Source: an uncultured Gemmatimonadales bacterium
Lineage (GTDB): Bacteria > Gemmatimonadota > Gemmatimonadetes > Gemmatimonadales > GWC2-71-9
Assembly (NCBI GenBank): GCA_963795085.1
Contig: CAWCFX010000001.1
Location: 1,056,001 to 1,120,000 of the forward strand
Reading direction: 5' to 3'
Length of the DNA stretch: 64,000 bases
Below are positions 32,164-42,980 of the stretch, one piece after another. The notes below the pieces were generated by a model. It was not told the DNA's origin. It saw only the letters and a program-made list of their open reading frames with translations, and did not search any database. The position numbers and the translations under genes are program-made. Position 1 is the first letter of the stretch. Each line of letters starts with the position of its first letter.

Positions 32164-33285
32164 CTAGCCCATTATCAAGTGCTCTAGTTTTGCAGTTGCT
32201 TCCTCTTGAAGGGTTGGCAAGACGGCCGAATAGGTGTCCATCGTCAGAACAATGGATGCGTGCCCTAGGCGCTCGCTCACAACCTTGGCATTGGTGCCGG
32301 CCGCTAACATTAGTGACGCGCAGGTATGGCGAAGGTCGTAGGTGCGCAAGTGAGACAGCTTCGCCCTGTTAAGAATCTTCTGAAAATGCCACTTGCGGAG
32401 GGACGAAACATTGATCGGCCCGCCAGTCGGGCCAGCAAAGATGAGACCTTGATCCTCGTAGATACTCCCGAGACGAAGCCTAGCTTCTGCCTGCTGCCTC
32501 TTGTGATCCCGAAGGGACTTTAGGACGACCTCAGGAAGTGGCACAGTTCTTCGGCTCCTACTTGTCTTGGGCTCCCTGATCTCTGAGCCACCCCGATAGC
32601 CAAAAACCAGGGCTCTCTGAATCCTGAGATTGGTCCCCTCAAGATCGGTCCACTTAAGAGCAGCTGCTGCCTCACCCGGACGAAGGCCACCAAACAGGAG
32701 GACGAGCCAGAGGGCAGACCATTCGTCCTCCTTGGCAGCTTCGACGAACCTAGCCGCCTCAGCTGGCGGCAGAATGGTGAGTTCTCTTCTGATCATTTTG
32801 GGGAGGGTTACAAGTGACGCAGGGTTGCGAGCGAATGGCATTCCAGAGGACTGCTTGCTTAAGCGCGCTTCGCAGGACGGCATGCACATACCTGACAACC
32901 CTAGGAGATAGGCCACGGAGGGATAGCCCGTTGTAGAAGCGTTGAAGGTCGGCAGGGCTCAGAGACGAGAGCTTCACATCCCCTAGGGCGGGCTGAATGT
33001 ACCGACGGGTCAGATCAGCATAGTCACGGTGGGTTCGATTGCTTACGCGGGGCTTGGCGATGTTTTCGAGCCAATCAACCAAGAACTCCCCAACGGTTTG
33101 GCGGGAAGGCTCAGCGAAGGTTCCCGAGGAAACATCTGAAATAGTCTTGGCCGACCGGCTCCCGCCTGCCGCTTCGACCCCTTGATGGTCTTGTTTAGGT
33201 AGCGTCTTCGTCCATCCGCCCGCCTCACTAGGTAAACCCGGCACAACCAGATCCCAGGTCCTCGGTTAATCAGTTGGCCAGCCAT
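32164..33285 (-). pseudogene. Tyrosine site-specific integrase, frameshifted
   Basis: GLRPGEA, EPKT, YDLRHTCAS, ERLGHAS and TMDTYS catalytic residues, plus N-terminal arm-binding and core-binding domains. Confidence 0.9.
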
Positions 33286-33397
33286 TTGGGGGTCCTCGGA
33301 AGGGGGTTACCTCAAGATAGGAAAACCCAACTCCGCACACAATAGGCACACATGTAACAATATGCCATTTAGACACAACGACTTACAATGCACCAAC

Positions 33398-33420
33398 GGA
33401 TTTATAGTCAGTAGGGCGTG
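33398..33420 (+). repeat. Degenerate internal att copy (18/23 identical to the tRNA core)
   Basis: GGATTTATAGTCAGTAGGGCGTG versus GGACTCATAATCCGTAGGTCGTG, just upstream of the integrase. Confidence 0.65.
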
Positions 33421-34068
33421 CAAATTCCTAAAGTCTTGCGTCCGGAGATTTCTGGCGCATACTCTCTTCGAGTCCCCTCCCTAATGAAGAACACATGAAG
33501 AAACGGCGTGTATACGAATGCCCAGCAGTTGTGATGGATACCGACGTGTAATCGAGATCAGGTAGGATTTGCACCTGGATCGATCCGAGAAGATCAGGAA
33601 GGAGTTGGGGCGTGGCCCCAGTTTGGCCAAGTCGAGGGCGGCGCAGCTGCTAGTTGTGTAGTGCTTAGGCCCGTGCCATCTGTCGTCCGCAGTATCCCAC
33701 CGCAGTCCTCCATCGCCATTTTCAGGGCGTCGTACCCAAGCGCAGAAATTAGCGAAATCAATTGGCTAACTCCGGAGTGTGATCGCTACCTGTCAGGATG
33801 ATACTTCACTGTCCTCGACCACGAAATCACCCCAGGACACGAACCGTCAGGGTACCCCCCAGTTCGATGAAGAACCCAAGATCCCCTGGTCTACCACATG
33901 GTACCACATTTCCGGGTCTACCGAGGGGTGGACTCTTCGGGACATCATCCCGTCTCTTAGACGGGCTCGCTGCGACGTCCACCGGGATCGATCCTGCAGC
34001 GATTTGGTCAGACGGATGACTGAGCCCCCAGTTGAGGCTCACTGGTACACACCCAGAGCTCTATCATG

Positions 34069-35373
34069 TCAACCCTCCCCGCCACAATGTGACTTCTCCT
34101 GGCCATGTGCATCGCAGCCTAAATTGATGCGAAGGCCGCATTGGAGGCAGTCTAATACCTGCTTTGAGGCCCGAGGGCTAGGCCCCGGCTCGGCTCCTGC
34201 ACGGATACAGTTGACATACTTGACAATCATGGGAGCGCCCAGAGAATCACGCCTTACACCCGTCAGTACTCCGTCAAAAATGAACTTCGCTTGTAGGTCT
34301 GCAGGAAGGAGACGTCTTCGAAGTAGCGTACCATTGGCACTGTATACGTGCCACTCGAAGTGCGTCATATTATCGGCCCCGTACACTTCAATCCAGATAT
34401 CGCCGTTGTTGGCCACAAGAACTTGCCGAACTGAAGGTTTCACTGATGGGATCCTTATCAGTGGTCTCAACTCTGGATGAATATCGACCAAGTCATGATC
34501 TATGCTGTCAACCTCTTCTTGTGTCAATGCGAAGCGAGAGTTTGATCCCACATACTGTCTGAGCATCCTGCTAGTGGAATCATAAACACTAATTGTGTAA
34601 TCTCTTCCATTCGCGATGTAAATCTCCGCACTTGGCCCAATAGCCCAGTACTGCCTTGGTGCGAAGGGTGCGGGGGCGGAAGCACTAACTCCTGGACGTC
34701 GCACAGATACGAATGCTTGAGAATCAGTCCAGGTGAATGACGTCGTTTGTTACACCCGACTGCCAAGAAGCGTACTGAATCACGGACATGCCGTCATCAT
34801 CCGCCGGTGGACTTCGATATACCGGCCTTGCGTAAAGAAATGTCCCGTAAGGGGTAATAAAGACTGGATCACGGTCTTTCCAATGTGACATAACTGTGTC
34901 GCCCAGAAGACGGCCGTGGAGATCGAAAAAACTTAGTCTATTAGGGATTCGATCCCACACAGCTACTGTATGCATCCCGGATTATGACCCGGGAAGGCCA
35001 GGCGAACTCACCAGGCCCATGTCCGGGTCTCCCGATCTGGGTGGCTAAAGGACCCATCCGCATTGTAAGCAAGCAATCGACGCTCGCCTGCATCAACCGC
35101 GTATAGTTCGCCACTCGCCCCACGGGCAAGGTCCCAGACCTGGTTCAAGAAAGCACTGCTGTCACTCATATCGTTTCCAACTGTGGCTATCTCCTTTGAC
35201 GACATAAGGTCAACACCCATAGCGGTCGAGTGGGTCAGCCTATGGATGGGAATACCCCCCACGGTATCAATCGTAGCTGCCGGTTCAGTGCGCGGGGAAG
35301 GACTTGAGCACGCCCATGCCAAAAGATACTGCGGAAGCATGTAGTACAAAAAAGCGGAGATTACTCTCTGCAT
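34069..35373 (-). pseudogene. 6-bladed beta-propeller lipoprotein, frameshifted
   Basis: LAWAC lipobox, GELYAVD, IGRPGHGPGEF, AVWD...RLSFFDLHG and GDIWIE. The 3' end is uncertain. Confidence 0.72.
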
Positions 35374-35818
35374 TTTACAGTCACGTGTCCACTGCTTATG
35401 TCGGCGGTACATGCTGTTTTCCAGTTGGCTTGATTCCCTGGCACGCTTAGAGTATTCAACACCTTCCAGTCTGACTGCCGAAAAACTATTCGCTCGATGT
35501 TTGTGGTAATTATCTGAGACGACAATCCATTCCACTTCCCATCAAAAAACAACTGCAACCCTACATCGGTACCGCAAGCAGCACTTGCGTCGGGGCCCTT
35601 GGCCTCGACAGTCACTGAAGCTTCGGTAGTGTCACCTTGAGAGAAGGTGAATGCAAGAGACCCAGGTGTTCTCTCTTCGAAGACCACGTCAAGAACGCCG
35701 CGGTGAGTGGGAGTTCGATCGGTGGCGCAACGCAGTCCTTGCGCGGACAGGCTTGTCACCGGATTACTGACCGCCAGCATTCCGAGATGATCCCGAGTAC
35801 GAGAGGATGATTGTTCAC
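35361..35818 (-). CDS. Secreted hypothetical protein with 4 Cys (frameshift in the signal peptide region)
   Basis: ORF 35361-35780 plus an upstream GTG with RBS. Its stop overlaps the start of the next gene. Confidence 0.5.
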
Positions 35819-35890
35819 GATTGTCTCCCCTAGTGACGGGGCCGAAGTGGATAGTTCATCGGCCAGCCTACCCACTTCGCCCGTCATTGA

Positions 35891-36132
35891 TTAGTTAGGA
35901 ATCGACCTGCATTCCGATATGGCGCCGTTTGCACAACTGGCTGTGCACTGGCCCATACTCGCTTGACAAGTACACCAAGTATTTGAAACAGTGCAGGTGC
36001 AAATACCGCTCGAGCAGCTCGCCTTATCCATTTGAGCAGTTCCTTGACGAACTCCAAGCACCTAGGGCAAGTCCCCAAGTGGCAACGGTCGCCAGTAGTA
36101 CTAGCCGTTTTAGTCGCGGATAAAGTGGCCAT
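35891..36132 (-). CDS. Cys-rich secreted peptide 2 (8 Cys), not in the ORF track
   Basis: 36031-35891 reads MDKASCSSGICTCTVSNTWCTCQASMGQCTASCANGAISECRSIPN*. A signal-like segment RLVLLATVATWGLALGAWSSS lies upstream in an offset frame. Confidence 0.78.
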
Positions 36133-36168
36133 TGACGGAGTAATGGTTGGACGAAATGGAATGGCCGA

Positions 36169-36406
36169 TTACGGAGGTGTCTGCGTGCCACATTCCGAGG
36201 TTGTTCCGGATACACAGTGTGCCTTGCACGCGCCTCCACCAGAATGACAAGTACAACTTGTTCCGGCGGCCGCGCATGCACATCCGCCGCTGCTACAGGC
36301 CGCACTGTCCTGCGCTACTACAGCGGCCTTTGCGATGGGGATGGCAAAGGTCAGCCATATGGCAATGGCTGCCAATGCGAACGAGATACCTGGTCAGTTT
36401 GATCAT
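36169..36406 (-). CDS. Cys-rich secreted peptide 1 (8 Cys)
   Basis: AAIAIWLTFAIPIAKAAVVAQDSAACSSGGCACAAAGTSCTCHSGGGACKAHCVSGTTSECGTQTPP*. A GGAGGAG RBS and ATG at 36406 lie one base out of frame. Confidence 0.82.
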
Positions 36407-36472
36407 CCGCCCTCTCCTCCGTTTGGATTGTAAGGGTACCACGACGGCCGCAGAGTGGGCCGCAAGTAATCA

Positions 36473-37219
36473 TTAGGAGCGATCGACTTGACCAAGCTCA
36501 TGGTGAAGTGCTGCCTTGAGGAGTGTCCAATTAGAGCCTTGGAGGCGCTTGCCATTAATGAAGAACGTGGGGGTGGCCGTTACGACCAGGCTTTGCCCCG
36601 ATACTTCTCGCCTTGTCGACCCTTTCCCTCGTTTCTCTCGAGCTCATGCAGGCATTCAGGTGTTCTCGGGCCAGGCCCAACCTCTCAGAGACGCGGGCGA
36701 TGTAAGAATCTGCATCCTGTGCAACTGCTACTTGATTGGCGAATAACGAGTCATGAAAGACCCAGAAGTTACCGTTGTCAGCGTGACATTCCGAAGCAAA
36801 CGCAGCTATGTACGCATTGGGGTGAAGCGAGGCAATAGGAAAATGAACAAAACGCAGGCGGACCCGGCCTTTGTGTGCTTCAACAAAACCCTTTATGGAA
36901 TCCGCAATAACCGCGCAGGCCGGACACTCGAAATCGGCAAACTCTACAATGTCAACATCAGGAGTGTTGAATCCCAAACTTGGGGAATCCAGACGATGCC
37001 CCTTCCACCCAAGTCCCCTCGAGGGTGAATTTGGCCCAAGTCTCGATTGCGGTCAGCCGCTCGGATATTCCGGCACCAAATTGGCTCATTCGCTCATCAA
37101 GGGCCTTGTCCGTGGTCTTAACTCGTCGATCAAGTGAAAGATGAGAACCGGTGCCCCACTAATAGCGTGCTTAAGACGATTAGGAGGGACCTGATGCTCT
37201 TGTCTGAATCAGAGGTCAT
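36473..37219 (-). pseudogene. DsbA-family thiol-disulfide oxidoreductase, frameshifted
   Basis: IVEFADFECPAC, FVHFPI..LHPNA..AA.ASEC, cis-Pro loop TATPTFFING and an N-terminal membrane anchor. Confidence 0.85.
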
Positions 37220-37229
37220 TGCAGATACC

Positions 37230-38362
37230 CTTGTTATGATGGGAAGCGACCGTAGCTGAAGGTATAGAGGACAACAACAGGTTGAACTGAGTTTCCTAGG
37301 GTAACTCCTATGACCTGAGACTCTGCGAGCCGCGGTGAGCCTTACTGGTAGGGTTACGTTACCACAATACGCACCTGAGTTTCTTCGGAATACATCGTAG
37401 TCAAAGGCACTTGTATGGGCCTCAGGTCGTGGAACGCGCACAACAACAAGACTATCAGTCACCAAGAACTCGAGAACAGAAGACTTTGTCTTTGGAATTA
37501 GCGACTGAATGTCACCTGGCGTTAGCCTGTCGTACCAGCGGCGTTCAGAGCTACAAGAACGTCCTCCTCAGTTACGGGGATTGGGCGACGACGACGGCCT
37601 ATGACCTGATTTGGCAGTGCGGGATGACTAGCCTGGATGGCGTATTCCCTGCTGAGACTAGTGAACAACTCCCCCGTTGGTGCCATCGCCCATTGAGTGC
37701 GGTTGGCCATTTCAAAACCTAGGCTTAACGAACTGACTGTGCGGTCCAGCTTGGTTACTACGCTGCTCTTGACATCAAACGGGCCGAGTGAATCAACAAC
37801 CACACCTTCAAGGGAATACACTTGGGTGAACTCTGCATATGTGCCGTCGCTCCTGGACATATGAAGTCCGACCGCGACTTCGTTTCGATCGTTCGTTGCA
37901 ACAGGTAGACATAAAAAATGCCGGCCGGCTCAAGAATTAAAAGCCTCCGATCGATCCATCGGGACTCAAGGTGATGATTTGCCTCTTGGCTGCGTCCCAT
38001 ACAAAAAGGTGTCCATCAGGCGTGGAGCTAAATCCAACTAAGCTAGACGAGAATTGAAGCCCAGGAGCGTCCGGAGCAAATGTCTCAAGGCGATCGCCCC
38101 TCCACGATAACCTTTGAGCTTCACGAGATTGCACGTCGAGGATGTACAGTGAACTGTCAGGGCCAAAATCAACGTCCACCACTAAGCGGCTTACTGTGTC
38201 TGGTGGAATTGGCAGCAGTGAAAGCGAGCTTGTTTGCTGAAGAGTGACACTTTCAACACATTGGTCTAGCTCGATACTTGAGAGGTCGGTATTTAGTGAG
38301 GCCCCCTTCTCGCAGCCCTGTACAAAGCACACCACCAAAAGCAGACGTGTATAACTGGCCAT
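37230..38362 (-). pseudogene. Second beta-propeller (6-bladed-like) lipoprotein, frameshifted
   Basis: VQGC lipobox, DVDFGPDSSLYILD, DGHLFVWD, WAMAPTGELF and YDVF...G.YCG.VTLP. The 3' end is approximate. Confidence 0.62.
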
Positions 38363-38957
38363 GGAGAGGTTACGTGAAATAGCTCGTTCACTGGTCCAGC
38401 ACGACATGATATGGCCCTTGGTTCGTAGACGAGGCTGCTCTTGGGGACTCATAGTCTTAAGCATCCCCTTATAGAAGGATTTGTCAATAGGTCGTGGGCA
38501 GCATTACATGCGCCCTAACCGTAACGCGGCAGGGTCAACCAAGTATCAAACCATTGTGGCGCATTGCCTTAGTGAAGGGTATGCTTTCTGTTGGTGAGTG
38601 AGCCCCAATACCGTTTTGGGCCGTAAACGTAAGGCTGCCTTGTGAGTTAGCTGGCAGCCACAGATCAATGCACAACAAGATTCAAGTTGAGTATTGCTAA
38701 CACTGAAGTATGGCGCGATTTCTCAAGTCTCGGGCCTAGCCTGTTCTCCCTAAGCGGAAGGCTGATGCTTCCAGTCGCAATCGCTGGCGAGCAATCAGCG
38801 CATCGACTATTGGCAGCATTGACCGTGCATTTCAGGATCGACGCACCCCCACCCTAAGGCATGGTTGGAGCTTGGATTCAGAAGGTTTCCTTGATCTTGC
38901 CCCGGAAAAGTGGACACCGAGTTAGGTCGGATGCAAGTTACCGACGGGAGGTGGTCC

Positions 38958-39250
38958 ATGAAAGCGACGCGACGGCGGTTCAGCCGGGAGTTCAAGCTGG
39001 AGGCGGTCCGGCAGCTGGCGGCGGGGAGCCGGTTGGCCGATGTGGCCCGGGCGCTGGCGGTGGATGCCCAGGTGCTGCGGCGGTGGCAGGCGCAGGTGGC
39101 GATCGACCCGGTGACGGCCTTTCCGGGCAATGGCCGCGCGCCGGCCGACGAGGCCGAGTTGCAGCGGTTGCGGCGGGAGGTGGTCCAGCTGCGGGCCGAG
39201 CGTGATTTCCTAAAAAAGCGGCGGCGTTCTTCGCGAAGGACGCCAAGTGA
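38958..39250 (+). CDS. IS3 transposase OrfA
   Basis: RRFSREFKLEAV HTH motif and LRAERDFLKK, followed by an A6G run. Confidence 0.88.
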
Positions 39251-40108
39251 GATTCCAGGCCCTGCGCACGATCGCGAGCGTGCTCCCGCTGCGGCGGCGG
39301 TGTGCCTTGCTCGAGGTGTCGCGGAGCGGGTACTACGCCTGGTGCCGTCGTCCGGCCAGTCGGCGGGCGCTGGCGAATCGGCTGCTGGTGGGCGTGATCA
39401 CCCGGGTGCACCGCGAGGTCGACCGGACCTATGGCAGTCCGCGGATGCAGCAGGAGCTGGTGGGCCAGGGCTGGCGCTGTGGCCGGCACCGGGTCGCCCG
39501 CCTGATGCAGGCGCACGGGATCCGGGCCAAGCAGGCGCGGCGCTTTCAGGTGACGACGGACAGCCGGCATGGGTACGCGACGGCGCCGAATCGGCTGGCG
39601 CGGCAGTTTACCGTGGCGGCACCGAACCAGGTCTGGATGAGCGATGTCACCTACCTCCCGACGGCGAGCGGGTGGTGCTACCTGGCCGTGGTGCTGGACG
39701 CCTGGTCGCGCCGGGTGATTGGGTGGGCGGTCGATACGCAGATCACCGCGGCGCTGACGCTGGCCGCGCTGGAGCAGGCGACGACGTCGCGCCGGCCGCC
39801 GGTCGGGGTCCTGCACCACTCCGATCGCGGCGTGCAGTACGCTTGTACCGCTTATCGGACCGCCCTGCAGCGCCTGGGCATGGTGGCGAGCATGAGCCGG
39901 CGGGGCAATTGCTGGGATAACGCGGTGGTCGAGAAGTTTCTTTGCCTCGCTCAAGACCGAGCGCACCGGCGACAAACGGTATGGATCGTGGCAGGAGGCC
40001 GAGGCCGATGTGCGGGATTACATCGAGCGCTTTTACAACCGGCAACGGCGGCACTCGACCCTCGGGCACCTCAGCCCGGCGATCTACGAGCTCTGCCAAG
40101 TGGCCTAA
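39247..40108 (+). CDS. IS3 transposase OrfB (DDE), frameshift near 39935
   Basis: YGSPRM, W.SDVTY, LDAWSR, HSDRGVQY, GNCWDNAVVE and YNRQRRHSTLG. Confidence 0.9.
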
Positions 40109-40139
40109 TGCTGTCCACTAGAACGGGGCAAGGTCACCT

Positions 40140-40425
40140 GGCAATATCCGGCGCCGCTACTTGTTGAACGGGACCGTGCGAATCCAGCTTGTTCCGGATA
40201 GTACATCATTGTCTTACACAATTAACTCCTTCCCTTGCCCTTATACCGGTTGCGTGGGCTGCACTGCCGGTTTGTGGGATTATCGTGTGGCAGGGCTCCA
40301 CAGTCGCCTCTAGTCTCCTCTTTACGGTATTGGGACTTGGCGTTCTCTTTGTTGCATCTTGGATGGTTGCCCAGTACCAATTGGTTCGGCTTCTCCGTGT
40401 AGCCGTGCGCGGTGTTGCCAGCTAA
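40140..40425 (+). pseudogene. 3' part of the first cassette gene (membrane protein) disrupted by IS3
   Basis: Two TM segments. The stop TAA lies inside the attC R'' box, and the 5' part is at ~38668-38891. Confidence 0.5.
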
Positions 40426-40517
40426 CACGGGCTTGGAGTGACCATTCGCGCCGGGCCCATCTGATGGATGCCGGGACATGATGAGCGCGAATGCCACTAA
40501 AGCGCTAACCATTTGGC
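40420..40517 (+). repeat. attC-like site 1
   Basis: GCTAAC..GCTTGGAGTG..ATTCGCG / CGCGAAT..CACTAAAGC..ATTTGGC. Confidence 0.7.
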
Positions 40518-40541
40518 TGCTCACAATATCTGAGGGTTTTT

Positions 40542-41464
40542 ATGCCGACAGTACGGGACGAGCTGATCCGAATCCATGAGGACACTGGTGCGTTGGTGTC
40601 ACTCGTTGAGGGCAGTACGGACATCTCCAACGCGAAGTTGCACAGGATCTATCTCAGTTTAGCGCAGAGGTTCAACGGGCGCTTGAGACCCATTCGTATT
40701 CGACGGCACAATACGTAGACCAACTCGACGACAGGTTGCGAGACCTCCGAGATCACTGATGGCGTCGGCCATTGATGCAAATGGTTCGCTTATATACAAG
40801 GGCCAACAGGAGCAAGCGGCTCAAATCAGCGGCAGCGTGGTCGCCGCTGGAGTTGTGGGCGGGCTGTTCTCGCTACTGGGTACCGCGATCGCAGCTAAGC
40901 TAGTCAGTAACGCTATTGAAGACGCAACGGACCATCGACCGCCTACAGCGGAAGAACTGAAGGAAAGGGCGCTACTCCTGCTCATCGCGACAATTCAGAA
41001 GGAACGATCCTACATTCCACTAAACGACATCCTCGACCGTGCCTGTGGACCAAAGGCGATCCTGACGGCAGAGGATGTCCGTCGAATCCTGATGCTACTC
41101 GCATCTGAGGGTGCGGTAGAACGCAAAACGGACGAGGAAGACGCTCCACTCCGTGTTAACCCCCACCATCCCAAAGGAATACCTGTCCTTAGCCACACCT
41201 TCGCAACACAGGCTCCAGACTCTACGAATCCTCTGCCCTTCGTGGACCTGGGACCACTTCTTTGGAGTGAGTCTCAGTAGAGACAAGGCCAAGGAGGTCA
41301 ACTTCGTCAAGGTCTATAAGAGCGCGGACAAGTACAAAGTGTTCGTCGGCCATCATGTCTATCCAGACCACGCATTCGCCACGTCGGAAGCTTTCACGAC
41401 TAAGGAGGAGGCAGAGGTGGCCCGAATCGACACGCACACTCGGCTGCGCAAAGGTCTCTCATGA
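40542..41464 (+). pseudogene. Cassette hypothetical protein, frameshifted
   Basis: Overlapping + strand ORF fragments lying between attC-like sites. Confidence 0.45.
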
Positions 41465-41734
41465 TTATCTAGAGCAGCCCACCAGGCGCTGCGCAGTCTG
41501 AACGCTATCCGTTAAGCTGTGCCGACGAGCTCCTAAACTGAGAGTCAATAGCCGGTAGGATTTGCCATAAATGTCGAGGCGCTGGCGCCTGGCAGAGGAT
41601 CTAGCCGCGCGCGGTGAGCTTTGAGCAGCTGGGTGACTAGGGAAAGCTTCTGAGCTGGCCTCAATAGCTTGGAACGAGATCCCAACTACCGCGTAGCGCG
41701 ACCCATCCTTGACCGTGTCGGACCTAGTGCTGAC

Positions 41735-41830
41735 GCCTAACAGCGCTTGGAGCGGTCGAACCGCGCCCAGTTACACTGGACGCTACCATATGCTGCGCGC
41801 GGATTGCCGCTCAAGCGCCCACAGCTAGAC
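41735..41830 (+). repeat. attC-like site 3
   Basis: GCCTAAC AGCGCTTGGAGCGG..CCGCG / CGCGG..CCGCTCAAGCGC..GCTAGAC, with the extra-helical G in L''. Confidence 0.82.
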
Positions 41831-41853
41831 AGCCTACTTCAGGAGGTGAGCCA

Positions 41854-42038
41854 TTGTTTGCTAAGGCCAATTTGAAACGGGCACTCAGTGCAATTGAGGA
41901 CGCCACAAGTGCTTTAAATCGAGCTCGTCACACACAGAGGATACCTCGGCAGCCTCTCAGATTCGGCGGGCGCTAAGTGAGCTCGATGATGCCGAAACGA
42001 AGGTCAGGCGTGCGATCAAGGAATTACCAGATGAGTAA
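41854..42038 (+). CDS. Small two-helix cassette protein (~60 aa, one frameshift)
   Basis: AGGAGGT RBS, TTG start and internal repeat LKRALSAIEDA / IRRALSELDDA. Confidence 0.55.
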
Positions 42039-42066
42039 AACAGTGCGGCCCCAGCCCGAGACGACT

Positions 42067-42162
42067 GTCTAACAGCGCTTGGAGCGGTCAACCGCGCCGG
42101 GTCACGGGCTGGACGCCACGATATTGTGAGCGCGGTTTGCCTATCACGCGCCTACCTTAGGC
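42067..42162 (+). repeat. attC-like site 4
   Basis: GTCTAAC AGCGCTTGGAGCGGTC..AACCGCGC / GCGCGGTT..CTTAGGC, a close relative of site 3. Confidence 0.78.
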
Positions 42163-42189
42163 GTCATTGACAGAGGAATCGAGGCCCCT

Positions 42190-42927
42190 GTGACTCTGCG
42201 GCTTATTTCACTTAAGAGTGGAATTCTCCTCGTAACGAGCATTGGCGTGCTCGTCGCCTTCTGGGTCATCTACGGTTACGGACTTATCACAATTCCTTCT
42301 TGGATTTTAGCCGTCGCCCTCTTACTCATCGGATTGTCTCTCGTCTACTTCGCGTTGCGACCCACTTCTGCCCTTAGCTCACCTGTCAGTGTTGCCGCGT
42401 CTCCTGAATCCTCTACAGTCAAGCCGACACCCCCCTACACGCTTACTTACCAGGAATTAATCGATTTGTTCAAGCACTGGGATACAAGAGTATCACATCA
42501 CGGAGAATATCTTTGTACCTACTACGGCAGCGCCTTTAGTTGGCGTACTGGCCGCTTGGGAACATATCCCGACACTTGCTGCCACCGTTGCTGCGTTGGC
42601 TTCGGTAGCCATTTACGTATCGTACTTGCTAACCTTGCGAAGGAGCTCTGTGTTTTTCAAGACAATATTTTCTCTAGCCTTAAGCAACTCCTCACAAACT
42701 TCCCGAGTATAGTTGATGAACCCAAAGGCTGGATTGGGATTGCGCGGCGGCTCCGTGTACTTGGATTGCCGTTCCTGTCTACTATTTGGGCTCTAACTCT
42801 CCTGGCGAAGGTGATCGGTCAAAGCCCCAGGCTAAGTCTCTTGGAACTGCTTGCAGTAGGAGTACCCTTGCTTCCAGCGTTCATTTACACAAGACGCCTT
42901 TGGCTCGACACTCCTAGAGTAAATTAG
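42190..42927 (+). CDS. Cassette membrane protein of unknown function
   Basis: GAGG RBS and several TM segments. Confidence 0.55.
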   Translation: MTLRLISLKSGILLVTSIGVLVAFWVIYGYGLITIPSWILAVALLLIGLSLVYFALRPTSALSSPVSVAASPESSTVKPTPPYTLTYQELIDLFKHWDTRVSHHGEYLCTYYGSAFSWRTGRLGTYPDTCCHRCCVGFGSHLRIVLANLAKELCVFQDNIFSSLKQLLTNFPSIVDEPKGWIGIARRLRVLGLPFLSTIWALTLLAKVIGQSPRLSLLELLAVGVPLLPAFIYTRRLWLDTPRVN

Positions 42928-42980
42928 GCCGACCTCTCATGCCGGCCGGCAATCAAAACCCGCACAGCCCGGAGAACTGT

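Larger units (their letters stand above)
38892..40136 (+). mobile_element. IS3-family insertion sequence (1245 bp)
   Basis: TG...CA ends, 25-bp IRs matching at 20/25 and a 3-bp TSD CCT (38889-38891 and 40137-40139). Confidence 0.93.

Noticed and set aside
33430..34480. ORFs 33779-34480 (+) and 33827-34042 (-), or a third Cys peptide
   Set aside because: No recognisable motif and no matching Cys spacing were found. Probably a decayed gene or shadow ORF.
35884..36132. 82-aa ORF from the track (MATLSATKTAS...)
   Set aside because: Wrong-frame read-through. The overlapping frame encodes the conserved 8-Cys core.
35891..36406. Peptides as ranthipeptide, sactipeptide, lanthipeptide or TOMM precursors
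   Set aside because: No modifying enzyme is in the window, and signal peptides plus DsbA favour disulfides. Enzymes acting in trans cannot be excluded.
38370..38464. Possible intI N-terminal remnant (QPRL...SERA) divergent from the cassette array
   Set aside because: The position fits, but the similarity is too short and weak to support without an HMM
40420..42162. CRISPR array
   Set aside because: The repeats are ~96-bp imperfect palindromes separated by gene-sized spacers, and no cas genes are present
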